Shown: one piece after another, positions 63,804 through 64,000 of the stretch | How the letters are laid out: every line of letters begins with the position of its first letter | Numbering within the stretch: the first letter of the stretch is position 1 | DNA from: Podarcis pityusensis | Taxonomy: Eukaryota | Strand: one strand, 5' to 3' | Assembly (NCBI GenBank): GCA_964106645.2 | Contig: OZ067041.1 | DNA: 64,000 nucleotides | The notes under the pieces: generated by a model | What the model was told of the DNA's origin: nothing | The model's database searches: none | The model's input: the letters and a program-made list of their open reading frames with translations, nothing else | Made by a program: the position numbers and the translations under genes

Positions 63804-64000
63804 CCGTATTTTTCGCTCTATAGGACGCACTTTCCCCCCTCCAAAAATAAAGGGGAAATGTGTGTGCGTCCTATGGAGCGAATGCAGGCTTTGGCTGAAG
63901 CCTGGAGAGTGAGAGGGAACTCCCGCCGCGCTCAGAAGGCTTGTGGATAGCAGCCTGTTCTGGGGGCTGGGGTCGGGGGAAGCTCGGGCTTCCCCCGTCC
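63804..64000 (+). mobile_element. Tc2-like non-autonomous element, left end (runs off the window)
   Basis: TA|CCGTATTTTTCGCTCTATAGGACGCAC with inverted GTGCGTCCTATGGAGCGAA, followed by a GC-rich interior as in 9374-9925. Confidence 0.75.

Overview
AT-rich, CpG-depleted vertebrate DNA with six N-gaps. The repeat content (Sauria SINEs, BovB, squamate-type CR1/L2, hAT and Tc1/mariner MITEs) indicates a squamate reptile, probably a lacertid lizard (inference). I could not recognise any intact host protein-coding gene, so the window reads as a large intron or intergenic region. The only recognisable proteins are transposon remnants: a decayed Tc1 DD34E transposase (27043-28057, minus), a BovB RT C-terminus (54486-54935) and L2/CR1 fragments. 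The most notable observations are: (1) a 107-bp insertion flanked by a 13-bp direct repeat and built around a minimal type-I hammerhead ribozyme of the Penelope type (56558-56664); (2) a 38-bp-arm fold-back hairpin at the broken end of the Tc1; (3) a CpG-rich segment at about 20.9-21.1 kb with codon-like periodicity that is open in both aligned antisense frames; (4) a tRNA-Lys-head/CR1-tail SINE family; (5) several candidate promoter, enhancer and exon signals. Family names come from recalled motifs, not database searches.
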